From Eledone cirrhosa (Eukaryota), in NCBI GenBank assembly GCA_964016885.1, contig OZ024766.1:8432001-8496000 (forward strand): 64,000 nt of DNA. The letters run 5' to 3'. The notes under the pieces are model-generated. The model was not told the DNA's origin. It saw only the letters and a list, made by a program, of their open reading frames with translations, and searched no databases. This document shows positions 48,501 to 63,291 of this stretch, one piece after another. A program made the position numbers and the translations under genes. The stretch's first letter is position 1. Each line of letters starts with the position of its first letter.

Positions 48501-51500
48501 CAGGACACATTAGATAATGTAGTCCTAGATACACTGTGTCTGTATATAAGACAGGACACATTAGATAATGTAGTCCTAGATACACTGTGTCTGTATATAA
48601 GACAGGACACATTAGATAATGTAGTCCTAGGTACACTGTGTCTGTATATAAGACAGGACACATTAGATAATGTAGTCCTAGGTAGACTGTGTCTGTATAT
48701 AAGACAGGACACATTAGATAATGTAGTCCTAGATACACTGTGTCTGTATATAAGACAGGACACATTAGATAATGTAGTCCTAGATACACTGTCTGTATAT
48801 AAGACAGGACACATTAGATAATGTAGTCCTAGGTAGACTGTGTCTGTATATATGACAGGACACATTAGATAATGTAGTCCTAGGTAGACTGTGTCTGTAT
48901 ATAAGACAGGACACATTAGATAATGTAGTCCTAGGTACACTATGTCTGTATATAAGACAGAACACATTAGATAATGTAGTCCTAGGTACACTGTGTCTGT
49001 ATATAAGACAGGACACATTAGATAATGTAGTCCTAGGTAGACTGTGTCTGTATATAAGACAGGACACATTAGATAATGTAGTCCTAGATACACTGTGTCT
49101 GTATATAAGACAGGACACATTAGATAATGTAGTCCTAGATACACTGTGTCTGTATATAAGACAGGACACATTAGATAATGTAGTCCTAGGTACACTGTGT
49201 CTGTATATAAGACAGGACACATTAGATAATGTAGTCCTAGGTACACTGTGTCTGTATATAAGACAGGACACATTAGATAATGTAGTCCTAGATACACTGT
49301 GTCTGTATATAAGACAGGACACATTAGATAATGTAGTCCTAGGTAGACTGTGTCTGTATATAAGACAGGACACATTAGATAATGTAGTCCTAGGTAGACT
49401 GTGTCTGTATATAAGACAGGACACATTAGATAATGTAGTCCTAGATACACTGTGTCTGTATATAAGACAGGACACATTAGATAATGTAGTCCTAGGTACA
49501 CTGTGTCTGTATATAAGACAGGACACATTAGATAATGTAGTCCTAGGTAGACTGTGTCTGTATATAAGACAGGACACATTAGATAATGTAGTCCTAGATA
49601 CACTGTGTCTGTATATAAGACAGGACACATTAGATAATGTAGTCCTAGGTACACTGTGTCTGTATATAAGACAGAACACATTAGATAATGTAGTCCTAGG
49701 TACACTGTGTCTGTATATAAGACAGGACACTTTAGATAATGTAGTCCTAGGTAGACTGTGTCTGTATATAAGACAGGACACATTAGATAATGTAGTCCTA
49801 GATACACTGTGTCTGTATATAAGACAGGACACATTAGATAATGTAGTCCTAGATACACTGTGTCTGTATATAAGACAGGACACATTAGATAATGTAGTCC
49901 TAGATAGACTGTGTCTGTATATAAGACAGGACACATTAGATAATGTAGTCCTAGATACACTGTGTCTGTATATAAGACAGGACACATTAGATAATGTAGT
50001 CCTAGATACACTGTGTCTGTATATAAGACAGGACACATTAGATAATGTAGTCCTAGGTAGACTGTGTCTGTATATAAGACAGGACACATTAGATAATGTA
50101 GTCCTAGGTAGACTGTGTCTGTATATAAGACAGGACACATTAGATAATGTAGTCCTAGGTAGACTGTGTCTGTATATAAGACAGGACACATTAGATAATG
50201 TAGTCCTAGATAGACTGTGTCTGTATATAAGACAGGACACATTAGATAATGTAGTCCTAGATACACTGTGTCTGTATATAAGACAGGACACATTAGATAA
50301 TGTAGTCCTAGATACACTGTGTCTGTATATAAGACAGGACACATTAGATAATGTAGTCCTAGGTACACTGTGTCTGTATATAAGACAGGACACATTAGAT
50401 AATGTAGTCCTAGGTAGACTGTGTCTGTATATAAGACAGGACACATTAGATAATGTAGTCCTAGGTACACTATGTCTGTATATAAGACAGAACACATTAG
50501 ATAATGTAGTCCTAGGTACACTGTGTCTGTATATAAGACAGGACACATTAGATAATGTAGTCCTAGATAGACTGTGTCTGTATATAAGACAGGACACATT
50601 AGATAATGTAGTCCTAGGTACACTGTGTCTGTATATAAGACAGGACACATTAGATAATGTAGTCCTAGGTACACTGTGTCTGTATATAAGACAGGACACA
50701 TTAGATAATGTAGTCCTAGGTACACTGTGTCTAAATATAAGACAGGACACATTAGATAATGTAGTCTTAGGTACACTGTGTCTGTATATAAGACAGGACA
50801 CATTAGATAATGTAGTCCTAGGTACACTGTGTCTGTATATAAGACAGGACACATTAGATAATGTAGTCCTAGGTACACTGTGTCTGTATATAAGACAGGA
50901 CACATTAGATAATGTAGTCCTAGGTAGACTGTGTCTGTATATAAGACAGGACACATTAGATAATGTAGTCCTAGATACACTGTGTCTGTATATAAGACAG
51001 GACACATTAGATAATGTAGTCCTAGATACACTGTCTGTATATAAGACAGGACACATTAGATAATGTAGTCCTAGATACACTGTGTCTGTATATAAGACAG
51101 GACACATTAGATAATGTAGTCCTAGATACACTGTGTCTGTATATAAGACAGGACACATTAGATAATGTAGTCCTAGGTACACTGTGTCTGTATATAAGAC
51201 AGGACACATTAGATAATGTAGTCCTAGATACACTGTGTCTGTATATAAGACAGGACACATTAGATAATGTAGTCCTAGATACACTGTGTCTGTATATAAG
51301 ACAGGACACATTAGATAATGTAGTCCTAGGTACACTGTGTCTATATATAAGACAGGACACATTAGATAATGTAGTCCTAGATACACTGTGTCTGTATATA
51401 AGACAGGACACATTAGATAATGTAGTCCTAGATACACTGTGTCTGTATATAAGACAGGACACATTAGATAATGTAGTCCTAGGTAGACTGTGTCTATATA

Positions 51501-54500
51501 TAAGACAGGACACATTAGATAATGTAGTCCTAGATACACTGTGTCTGTATATAAGACAGGACACATTAGATAATGTAGTCCTAGATACACTGTGTCTGTA
51601 TATAAGACAGGACACATTAGATAATGTAGTCCTAGATAGACTGTGTCTGTATATAAGACAGGACACATTAGATAATGTAGTCCTAGATACACTGTGTCTG
51701 TATATAAGACAGGACACATTAGATAATGTAGTCCTAGATACACTGTGTCTGTATATAAGACAGGACACATTAGATAATGTAGTCCTAGGTAGACTGTGTC
51801 TGTATATAAGACAGGACACATTAGATAATGTAGTCCTAGGTAGACTGTGTCTGTATATAAGACAGGACACATTAGATAATGTAGTCCTAGGTAGACTGTG
51901 TCTGTATATAAGACAGGACACATTAGATAATGTAGTCCTAGATAGACTGTGTCTGTATATAAGACAGGACACATTAGATAATGTAGTCCTAGATACACTG
52001 TGTCTGTATATAAGACAGGACACATTAGATAATGTAGTCCTAGATACACTGTGTCTGTATATAAGACAGGACACATTAGATAATGTAGTCCTAGGTACAC
52101 TGTGTCTGTATATAAGACAGGACACATTAGATAATGTAGTCCTAGGTAGACTGTGTCTGTATATAAGACAGGACACATTAGATAATGTAGTCCTAGGTAC
52201 ACTATGTCTGTATATAAGACAGAACACATTAGATAATGTAGTCCTAGGTACACTGTGTCTGTATATAAGACAGGACACATTAGATAATGTAGTCCTAGAT
52301 AGACTGTGTCTGTATATAAGACAGGACACATTAGATAATGTAGTCCTAGGTACACTGTGTCTGTATATAAGACAGGACACATTAGATAATGTAGTCCTAG
52401 GTACACTGTGTCTGTATATAAGACAGGACACATTAGATAATGTAGTCCTAGGTACACTGTGTCTAAATATAAGACAGGACACATTAGATAATGTAGTCTT
52501 AGGTACACTGTGTCTGTATATAAGACAGGACACATTAGATAATGTAGTCCTAGGTACACTGTGTCTGTATATAAGACAGGACACATTAGATAATGTAGTC
52601 CTAGGTACACTGTGTCTGTATATAAGACAGGACACATTAGATAATGTAGTCCTAGGTAGACTGTGTCTGTATATAAGACAGGACACATTAGATAATGTAG
52701 TCCTAGATACACTGTGTCTGTATATAAGACAGGACACATTAGATAATGTAGTCCTAGGTAGACTGTGTCTGTATATAAGACAGGACACATTAGATAATGT
52801 AGTCCTAGGTACACTGTGTCTGTATATAAGACAGGACACATTAGATAATGTAGTCCTAGGTACACTGTGTCTGTATATAAGACAGGACACATTAGATAAT
52901 GTAGTCCTAGGTACACTGTGTCTAAATATAAGACAGGACACATTAGATAATGTAGTCTTAGGTACACTGTGTCTGTATATAAGACAGGACACATTAGATA
53001 ATGTAGTCCTAGGTACACTGTGTCTGTATATAAGACAGGACACATTAGATAATGTAGTCCTAGGTACACTGTGTCTGTATATAAGACAGGACACATTAGA
53101 TAATGTAGTCCTAGGTAGACTGTGTCTGTATATAAGACAGGACACATTAGATAATGTAGTCCTAGATACACTGTGTCTGTATATAAGACAGGACACATTA
53201 GATAATGTAGTCCTAGGTACACTGTGTCTGTATATAAGACAGGACACATTAGATAATGTAGTCCTAGATACACTGTGTCTGTATATAAGACAGGACACAT
53301 TAGATAATGTAGTCCTAGGTACACTGTGTCTATATATAAGACAGGACACATTAGATAATGTAGTCCTAGGTACACTGTGTCTGTATATAAGACAGGACAC
53401 ATTAGATAATGTAGTCCTAGATACACTGTCTGTATATAAGACAGGACACATTAGATAATGTAGTCCTAGATAGACTGTGTCTGTATATAAGACAGGACAC
53501 ATTAGATAATGTAGTCCTAGATACACTGTGTCTGTATATAAGACAGGACACATTAGATAATGTAGTCCTAGGTACACTGTGTCTGTATATAAGACAGGAC
53601 ACATTAGATAATGTAGTCCTAGATACACTGTGTCTGTATATAAGACAGGACACATTAGATAATGTAGTCCTAGGTACACTGTGTCTATATATAAGACAGG
53701 ACACATTAGATAATGTAGTCCTAGATACACTGTGTCTGTATATAAGACAGTACACATTAGATAATGTAGTCCTAGATACACTGTGTCTGTATATAAGACA
53801 GGACACATTAGATAATGTAGTCCTAGATACACTGTGTCTGTATATAAGACAGGACACATTAGATAATGTAGTCCTAGGTACACTGTGTCTGTATATAAGA
53901 CAGGACACATTAGATAATGTAGTCCTAGATACACTGTCTGTATATAAGACAGGACACATTAGATAATGTAGTCCTAGATACACTGTCTGTATATAAGACA
54001 GGACACATTAGATAATGTAGTCCTAGATATACTGTGTCTGTATATAAGACAGGACACATTAGATAATGTAGTCCTAGATACACTGTCTGTATATAAGACA
54101 GGACACATTAGATAATGTAGTCCTAGGTACACTGTGTCTGTATATAAGACAGGACACATTAGATAATGTAGTCCTAGGTACACTGTGTCTGTATATAAGA
54201 CAGGACACATTAGATAATGTAGTCCTAGATACACTGTGTCTGTATATAAGACAGGACACATTAGATAATGTAGTCCTAGGTACACTGTGTCTATATATAA
54301 GACAGGACACATTAGATAATGTAGTCCTAGATACACTGTGTCTGTATATAAGACAGTACACATTAGATAATGTAGTCCTAGATACACTGTGTCTGTATAT
54401 AAGACAGGACACATTAGATAATGTAGTCCTAGATACACTGTGTCTGTATATAAGACAGGACACATTAGATAATGTAGTCCTAGGTACACTGTGTCTGTAT

Positions 54501-57500
54501 ATAAGACAGGACACATTAGATAATGTAGTCCTAGATACACTGTCTGTATATAAGACAGGACACATTAGATAATGTAGTCCTAGATACACTGTCTGTATAT
54601 AAGGACAGGACACATTAGATAATGTAGTCCTAGATACACTGTGTCTGTATATAGGACAGGACACATTAGATAATGTAGTCCTAGGTACACTGTGTCTGTA
54701 TATAAGACAGGGACACATTAGATAATGTAGTCCTAGGTACACTGTGTCTGTATATAAGACAGGACACATTAGATAATGTAGTCCTAGATATACTGTGTCT
54801 GTATATAAGACAGGACACATTAGATAATGTAGTCCTAGATACACTGTCTGTATATAAGACAGGACACATTAGATAATGTAGTCCTAGGTACACTGTGTCT
54901 GTATATAAGACAGGACACATTAGATAATGTAGTCCCTAGGTACACTGTGTCTGTATATAAGACAGGACACATTAGATAATGTAGTCCTAGATACACTGTG
55001 TCTGTATATAAGACAGGACACATTAGATAATGTAGTCCTAGGTACACTGTGTCTGTATATAAGACAGGACACATTAGATAATGTAGTCCTAGGTACACTG
55101 TGTCTGTATATAAGACAGGACACATTAGATAATGTAGTCCTAGGTAGACTGTGTCTGTATATAAGACAGGACACATTAGATAATGTAGTCCTAGATACAC
55201 TGTGTCTGTATATAAGACAGGACACATTAGATAATGTAGTCCTAGGTAGACTGTGTCTGTATATAAGACAGGACACATTAGATAATGTAGTCCTAGGTAC
55301 ACTGTGTCTGTATATAAGACAGGACACATTAGATAATGTAGTCCTAGGTACACTGTGTCTGTATATAAGACAGGACACATTAGATAATGTAGTCCTAGGT
55401 ACACTGTGTCTATATATAAGACAGGACACATTAGATAATGTAGTCTTAGGTACACTGTGTCTGTATATAAGACAGGACACATTAGATAATGTAGTCCTAG
55501 GTACACTGTGTCTGTATATAAGACAGGACACATTAGATAATGTAGTCCTAGGTACACTGTGTCTGTATATAAGACAGGACACATTAGATAATGTAGTCCT
55601 AGGTAGACTGTGTCTGTATATAAGACAGGACACATTAGATAATGTAGTCCTAGATACACTGTGTCTGTATATAAGACAGGACACATTAGATAATGTAGTC
55701 CTAGGTACACTGTGTCTGTATATAAGACAGGACACATTAGATAATGTAGTCCTAGATACACTGTGTCTGTATATAAGACAGGACACATTAGATAATGTAG
55801 TCCTAGGTACACTGTGTCTATATATAAGACAGGACACATTAGATAATGTAGTCCTAGGTACACTGTGTCTGTATATAAGACAGGACACATTAGATAATGT
55901 AGTCCTAGATACACTGTCTGTATATAAGACAGGACACATTAGATAATGTAGTCCTAGATAGACTGTGTCTGTATATAAGACAGGACACATTAGATAATGT
56001 AGTCCTAGATACACTGTGTCTGTATATAAGACAGGACACATTAGATAATGTAGTCCTAGGTACACTGTGTCTGTATATAAGACAGGACACATTAGATAAT
56101 GTAGTCCTAGATACACTGTGTCTGTATATAAGACAGGACACATTAGATAATGTAGTCCTAGGTACACTGTGTCTATATATAAGACAGGACACATTAGATA
56201 ATGTAGTCCTAGATACACTGTGTCTGTATATAAGACAGTACACATTAGATAATGTAGTCCTAGATACACTGTGTCTGTATATAAGACAGGACACATTAGA
56301 TAATGTAGTCCTAGATACACTGTGTCTGTATATAAGACAGGACACATTAGATAATGTAGTCCTAGGTACACTGTGTCTGTATATAAGACAGGACACATTA
56401 GATAATGTAGTCCTAGATACACTGTCTGTATATAAGACAGGACACATTAGATAATGTAGTCCTAGATACACTGTCTGTATATAAGACAGGACACATTAGA
56501 TAATGTAGTCCTAGATATACTGTGTCTGTATATAAGACAGGACACATTAGATAATGTAGTCCTAGATACACTGTCTGTATATAAGACAGGACACATTAGA
56601 TAATGTAGTCCTAGGTACACTGTGTCTGTATATAAGACAGGACACATTAGATAATGTAGTCCTAGGTACACTGTGTCTGTATATAAGACAGGACACATTA
56701 GATAATGTAGTCCTAGATACACTGTGTCTGTATATAAGACAGGACACATTAGATAATGTAGTCCTAGGTACACTGTGTCTATATATAAGACAGGACACAT
56801 TAGATAATGTAGTCCTAGATACACTGTGTCTGTATATAAGACAGGACACATTAGATAATGTAGTCCTAGGTACACTGTGTCTGTATATAAGACAGGACAC
56901 ATTAGATAATGTAGTCCTAGATACACTGTGTCTGTATATAAGACAGTACACATTAGATAATGTAGTCCTAGATACACTGTGTCTGTATATAAGACAGGAC
57001 ACATTAGATAATGTAGTCCTAGGTACACTGTGTCTATATATAAGACAGGACACATTAGATAATGTAGTCCTAGATACACTGTCTGTATATAAGACAGGAC
57101 ACATTAGATAATGTAGTCCTAGGTAGACTGTGTCTGTATATAAGACAGGACACATTAGATAATGTAGTCCTAGGTACACTGTGTCTGTATATAAGACAGG
57201 ACACATTAGATAATGTAGTCCTAGGTACACTGTGTCTGTATATAAGACAGGACACATTAGATAATGTAGTCCTAGATACACTGTGTCTGTATATATGACA
57301 GGACACATTAGATAATGTAGTCCTAGGTACACTGTGTCTGTATATAAGACAGGACACATTAGATAATGTAGTCCTAGATAGACTGTGTCTGTATATAAGA
57401 CAGGACACATTAGATAATGTAGTCCTAGGTACACTGTGTCTGTATATAAGACAGGACACATTAGATAATGTAGTCCTAGATACACTGTGTCTGTATATAA

Positions 57501-60500
57501 GACAGGACACATTAGATAATGTAGTCCTAGGTAGACTGTGTCTGTATATAAGACAGGACACATTAGATAATGTAGTCCTAGGTACACTGTGTCTGTATAT
57601 AAGACAGGACACATTAGATAATGTAGTCCTAGGTAGACTGTGTCTGTATATAAGACAGGACACATTAGATAATGTAGTCCTAGGTACACTGTGTCTGTAT
57701 ATAAGACAGGACACATTAGATAATGTAGTCCTAGGTACACTGTGTCTGTATATAAGACAGGACACATTAGATAATGTAGTCCTAGATACACTGTGTCTGT
57801 ATATATGACAGGACACATTAGATAATGTAGTCCTAGGTACACTGTGTCTGTATATAAGACAGGACACATTAGATAATGTAGTCCTAGATAGACTGTGTCT
57901 GTATATAAGACAGGACACATTAGATAATGTAGTCCTAGGTACACTGTGTCTGTATATAAGACAGGACACATTAGATAATGTAGTCCTAGATAGACTGTGT
58001 CTGTATATAAGACAGGACACATTAGATAATGTAGTCCTAGGTACACTGTCTGTATATAAGACAGGACACATTAGATAATGTAGTCCTAGATACACTGTGT
58101 CTGTATATATGACAGGACACATTAGATAATGTAGTCCTAGATACACTGTCTGTATATAAGACAGGACACATTAGATAATGTAGTCCTAGATACACTGTCT
58201 GTATATAAGACAGGACACATTAGATAATGTAGTCCTAGGTACACTGTCTGTATATAAGACAGGACACATTAGATAATGTAGTCCTAGATACACTGTGTCT
58301 GTATATATGACAGGACACATTAGATAATGTAGTCCTAGATACACTGTGTCTGTATATATGACAGGACACATTAGATAATGTAGTCCTAGGTACACTGTCT
58401 GTATATAAGACAGGACACATTAGATAATGTAGTCCTAGATACACTGTGTCTGTATATAAGACAGGACACATTAGATAATGTAGTTCTAGGTACACTGTCT
58501 GTATATAAGACAGGACACATTAGATAATGTAGTCCTAGATACACTGTGTCTGTATATAAGACAGGACACATTAGATAATGTAGTCCTAGGTACACTGTGT
58601 CTGTATATAAGACAGGACACATTAGATAATGTAGTCCTAGATACACTGTGTCTGTATATAAGACAGGACACATTAGATAATGTAGTCCTAGGTACACTGT
58701 GTCTGTATATAAGACAGGACACATTAGATAATGTAGTCCTAGGTACACTGTCTGTATATAAGACAGGACACATTAGATAATGTAGTCCTAGATACACTGT
58801 GTCTGTATATAAGACAGGACACATTAGATAATGTAGTCCTAGGTACACTGTCTGTATATAAGACAGGACACATTAGATAATGTAGTCCTAGATACACTGT
58901 GTCTGTATATAAGACAGGACACATTAGATAATGTAGTCCTAGGTACACTGTGTCTGTATATAAGACAGGACACATTAGATAATGTAGTCCTAGGTACACT
59001 GTCTGTATATAAGACAGGACACATTAGATAATGTAGTCCTAGATACACTGTGTCTGTATATAAGACAGGACACATTAGATAATGTAGTCCTAGATACACT
59101 GTGTCTGTATATAAGACAGGACACATTAGATAATGTAGTCCTAGGTACACTGTCTGTATATAAGACAGGACACATTAGATAATGTAGTCCTAGATACACT
59201 GTGTCTGTATATAAGACAGGACATTAGATAATGTAGTCCTAGATACACTGTCTGTATATAAGACAGGACACATTAGATAATGTAGTCCTAGGTACACTGT
59301 GTCTGTATATAAGACAGGACACATTAGATAATGTAGTCCTAGATACACTGTGTCTGTATATAAGACAGGACACATTAGATAATGTAGTCCTAGATACACT
59401 GTGTCTGTATATAAGACAGGACACATTAGATAATGTAGTCCTAGATACACTGTCTGTATATAAGACAGGACACATTAGATAATGTAGTCCTAGATACACT
59501 GTCTGTATATAAGACAGGACACATTAGATAATGTAGTCCTAGATACACTGTGTCTGTATATAAGACAGGACACATTAGATAATGTAGTCCTAGATAGACT
59601 GTGTCTGTATATATGACAGGACACATTAGATAATGTAGTCCTAGGTACACTGTGTCTGTATATAAGACAGGACACATTAGATAATGTAGTCCTAGATAGA
59701 CTGTGTCTGTATATATGACAGGACACATTAGATAATGTAGTCCTAGATACACTGTGTCTGTATATAAGACAGGACACATTAGATAATGTAGTCCTAGGTA
59801 CACTGTGTCTGTATATAAGACAGGACACATTAGATAATGTAGTCCTAGGTACACTGTGTCTGTATATAAGACAGGACACATTAGATAATGTAGTCCTAGA
59901 TACACTGTCTGTATATAAGACAGGACACATTAGATAATGTAGTCCTAGATACACTGTCTGTATATAAGACAGGACACATTAGATAATGTAGTCCTAGATA
60001 CACTGTCTGTATATAAGACAGGACACATTAGATAATGTAGTCCTAGATACACTGTGTCTGTATATAAGACAGGACACATTAGATAATGTAGTCCTAGATA
60101 GACTGTGTCTGTATATATGACAGGACACATTAGATAATGTAGTCCTAGGTACACTGTGTCTGTATATAAGACAGGACACATTAGATAATGTAGTCCTAGA
60201 TACACTGTCTGTATATAAGACAGGACACATTAGATAATGTAGTCCTAGATACACTGTCTGTATATAAGACAGGACACATTAGATAATGTAGTCCTAGATA
60301 CACTGTGTCTGTATATAAGACAGGACACATTAGATAATGTAGTCCTAGATAGACTGTGTCTGTATATATGACAGGACACATTAGATAATGTAGTCCTAGG
60401 TACACTGTGTCTGTATATAAGACAGGACACATTAGATAATGTAGTCCTAGATAGACTGTGTCTGTATATATGACAGGACACATTAGATAATGTAGTCCTA

Positions 60501-62207
60501 GGTACACTGTGTCTGTATATAAGACAGGACACATTAGATAATGTAGTCCTAGATAGACTGTGTCTGTATATATGACAGGACACATTAGATAATGTAGTCC
60601 TAGGTACACTGTGTCTGTATATAAGACAGGACACATTAGATAATGTAGTCCTAGATACACTGTCTGTATATAAGACAGGACACATTAGATAATGTAGTCC
60701 TAGATACACTGTCTGTATATAAGACAGGACACATTAGATAATGTAGTCCTAGATACACTGTGTCTGTATATAAGACAGGACACATTAGATAATGTAGTCC
60801 TAGATACACTGTGTCTGTATATAAGACAGGACACATTAGATAATGTAGTCCTAGGTACACTGTGTCTGTATATAAGACAGGACACATTAGATAATGTAGT
60901 CCTAGATAGACTGTGTCTGTATATATGACAGGACACATTAGATAATGTAGTCCTAGATACACTGTGTCTGTATATAAGACAGGACACATTAGATAATGTA
61001 GTCCTAGGTAGACTGTGTCTGTATATAAGACAGGATACATTAGATAATGTAGTCCTAGGTACACTGTGTCTGTATATAAGACAGGACACATTAGATAATG
61101 TAGTCCTAGGTACACTGTGTCTGTATATAAGACAGGACACATTAGATAATGTAGTCCTAGGTACACTGTGTCTGTATATAAGACAGGACACATTAGATAA
61201 TGTAGTCCTAGGTACACTGTGTCTGTATATAAGACAGGACACATTAGATAATGTAGTCCTAGATAGACTGTGTCTGTATATATGACAGGACACATTAGAT
61301 AATGTAGTCCTAGATACACTGTGTCTGTATATAAGACAGGACACATTAGATAATGTAGTCCTAGGTAGACTGTGTCTGTATATAAGACAGGATACATTAG
61401 ATAATGTAGTCCTAGATACACTGTGTCTGTATATAAGACAGGACACATTAGATAATGTAGTCCTAGGTACACTGTGTCTGTATATAAGACAGGACACATT
61501 AGATAATGTAGTCCTAGATAGACTGTGTCTGTATATATGACAGGACACATTAGATAATGTAGTCCTAGATACACTGTGTCTGTATATAAGACAGGACACA
61601 TTAGATAATGTAGTCCTAGGTAGACTGTGTCTGTATATAAGACAGGACACATTAGATAATGTAGTCCTAGATAGACTGTGTCTGTATATATGACAGGACA
61701 CATTAGATAATGTAGTCCTAGATACACTGTGTCTGTATATAAGACAGGACACATTAGATAATGTAGTCCTAGGTAGACTGTGTCTGTATATAAGACAGGA
61801 TACATTAGATAATGTAGTCCTAGGTACACTGTGTCTATATAAGACAGGACACATTAGATAATGTAGTCCTAGATACACTGTGTCTGTATATAAGACAGGA
61901 TACATTAGATAATGTAGTCCTAGATAGACTGTGTCTGTATATATGACAGGACACATTAGATAATGTAGTCCTAGGTACACTGTGTCTGTATATAAGACAG
62001 GACACATTAGATAATGTAGTCCTAGATAGACTGTGTCTGTATATATGACAGGACACATTAGATAATGTAGTCCTAGATACACTGTGTCTGTATATAAGAC
62101 AGGACACATTAGATAATGTAGTCCTAGGTACACTGTGTCTGTATATAAGACAGGACACATTAGATAATGTAGTCCTAGGTACACTGTGTCTAAATATAAG
62201 ACAGGAT
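42540..62207. repeat. 19.7-kb satellite, 51-bp unit AGGACACATTAGATAATGTAGTCCTAG(A/G)TA(C/G)ACTGTGTCTGTATATAAGAC, ~385 copies
   Basis: Direct observation; 49-bp variants and higher-order blocks. Confidence 0.99.
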
Positions 62208-62295
62208 GGTCACAGCTGGATCATCTTTGATCATATCATAGGTCAACAGGACCAGCACTGACCTGGGGCTAAAAAACAACAACAACAATACTTAC

Positions 62296-62336
62296 CTACA
62301 GTGGGGGCATTGAGAACGTTGTTCTGTAAGCCAGCG
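62296..62336 (-). CDS. TRIM37: TRIM37 exon, end of RING finger (RWLTEQRSQCPHC-R)
   Basis: 41-nt exon between a (CT)n-CAG acceptor and a GTAAG donor; near-identical to human TRIM37 RWLTEQRAQCPHCR as recalled; upstream exons are outside the window. Confidence 0.93.
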
Positions 62337-62389
62337 CTGGGGAGAGAGAGAGAGAGAGAGATAAGAAGGAGGAGAAATTATATATATAA

Positions 62390-63205
62390 GGAGGCACATG
62401 GCTTAGTGGTTAGAGCATTGGGCTTGCAATCGAAAGGTTGTGAGTTCAATTCTCAGACCGGGTGATGTGTTGTTTCCTTGAGCAAGACACTTTATTTCAC
62501 ATTGCTCCAGTTTACTCAGCTGTAGAAATGAGATGATAGGGACTGGGGTCGCTATCATTCCACTGCAAAGTGGTCGTGGAGGTGCCACGGCAAAAAAGCA
62601 CCCAGCACTCACTGTAAAGTGGTCGTGGAGGTGCCATGGAAAAAAAGCACCCAGCACTCACTGTAAAGTGGTCGTGGAGGTGCCGTGGAAAAAAAGCACC
62701 CAGCACTCACTGTAAAGTGGTCGTGGAGGTGCCGTGGAAAAAAAGCACCCAGCACTCACTGTAAAGTGGTCGTGTAGGTGCCACGGCAAAAAAGCACCCA
62801 GCACTCACTGTAAAGTGGTCGTGGAGGTGCCACGGCAAAAAAGCACCCAGCACTCACTGTAAAGTGGTCGTGGAGGTGCCACAGCAAAAAAGCATCCAGC
62901 ACTCACTGTAAAGTGGTCGTGGAGGTGCCACGGCAAAAAAGCACCCAGCACTCACTGTAAAGTGGTCGTGGAGGTGCCACGGCAAAAAAGCACCCACTCT
63001 CACTGTAAAGTGGTCGTGGAGGTGCCACGGCAAAAAAGCACCCACTCTCACTGTAAAGTGGTCGTGGAGGTGCCACGGCAAAAAAGCACCCAGCACTCAC
63101 TGTAAATGAGGTTGGTGTTAGGAAGGGCATCCAGCTGTAGAAATCAAGCCAGAATCAGTTCCCGTCCCACCCTTGCAAGCAGGGAAAAGCGGACGTAAAA
63201 TGATG
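62390..63205 (+). mobile_element. SINE family 1 with the 49-bp module expanded to ~11 copies
   Basis: Intact head and tail around the array. Confidence 0.92.
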
Positions 63206-63291
63206 ATTATTATGATTATTATATATATAAAGTTGTAGTTCCTGTGTTTGTTAGTCCACGAACTCCTCCTATGATTTTGGAGATAGACTCC

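Noticed and set aside
42279-62184. Very long ORFs (up to 1813 aa) of YLGLHYLMCPVLYTDTV / RTTLSNVSCLIYRHSV repeats
   Set aside because: Result of a stop-free 51-bp unit; frames switch at 2-bp deletions and the array lies inside a TRIM37 intron
42540-62207. CRISPR-like array
   Set aside because: No unique spacers, eukaryotic intron context, no cas genes
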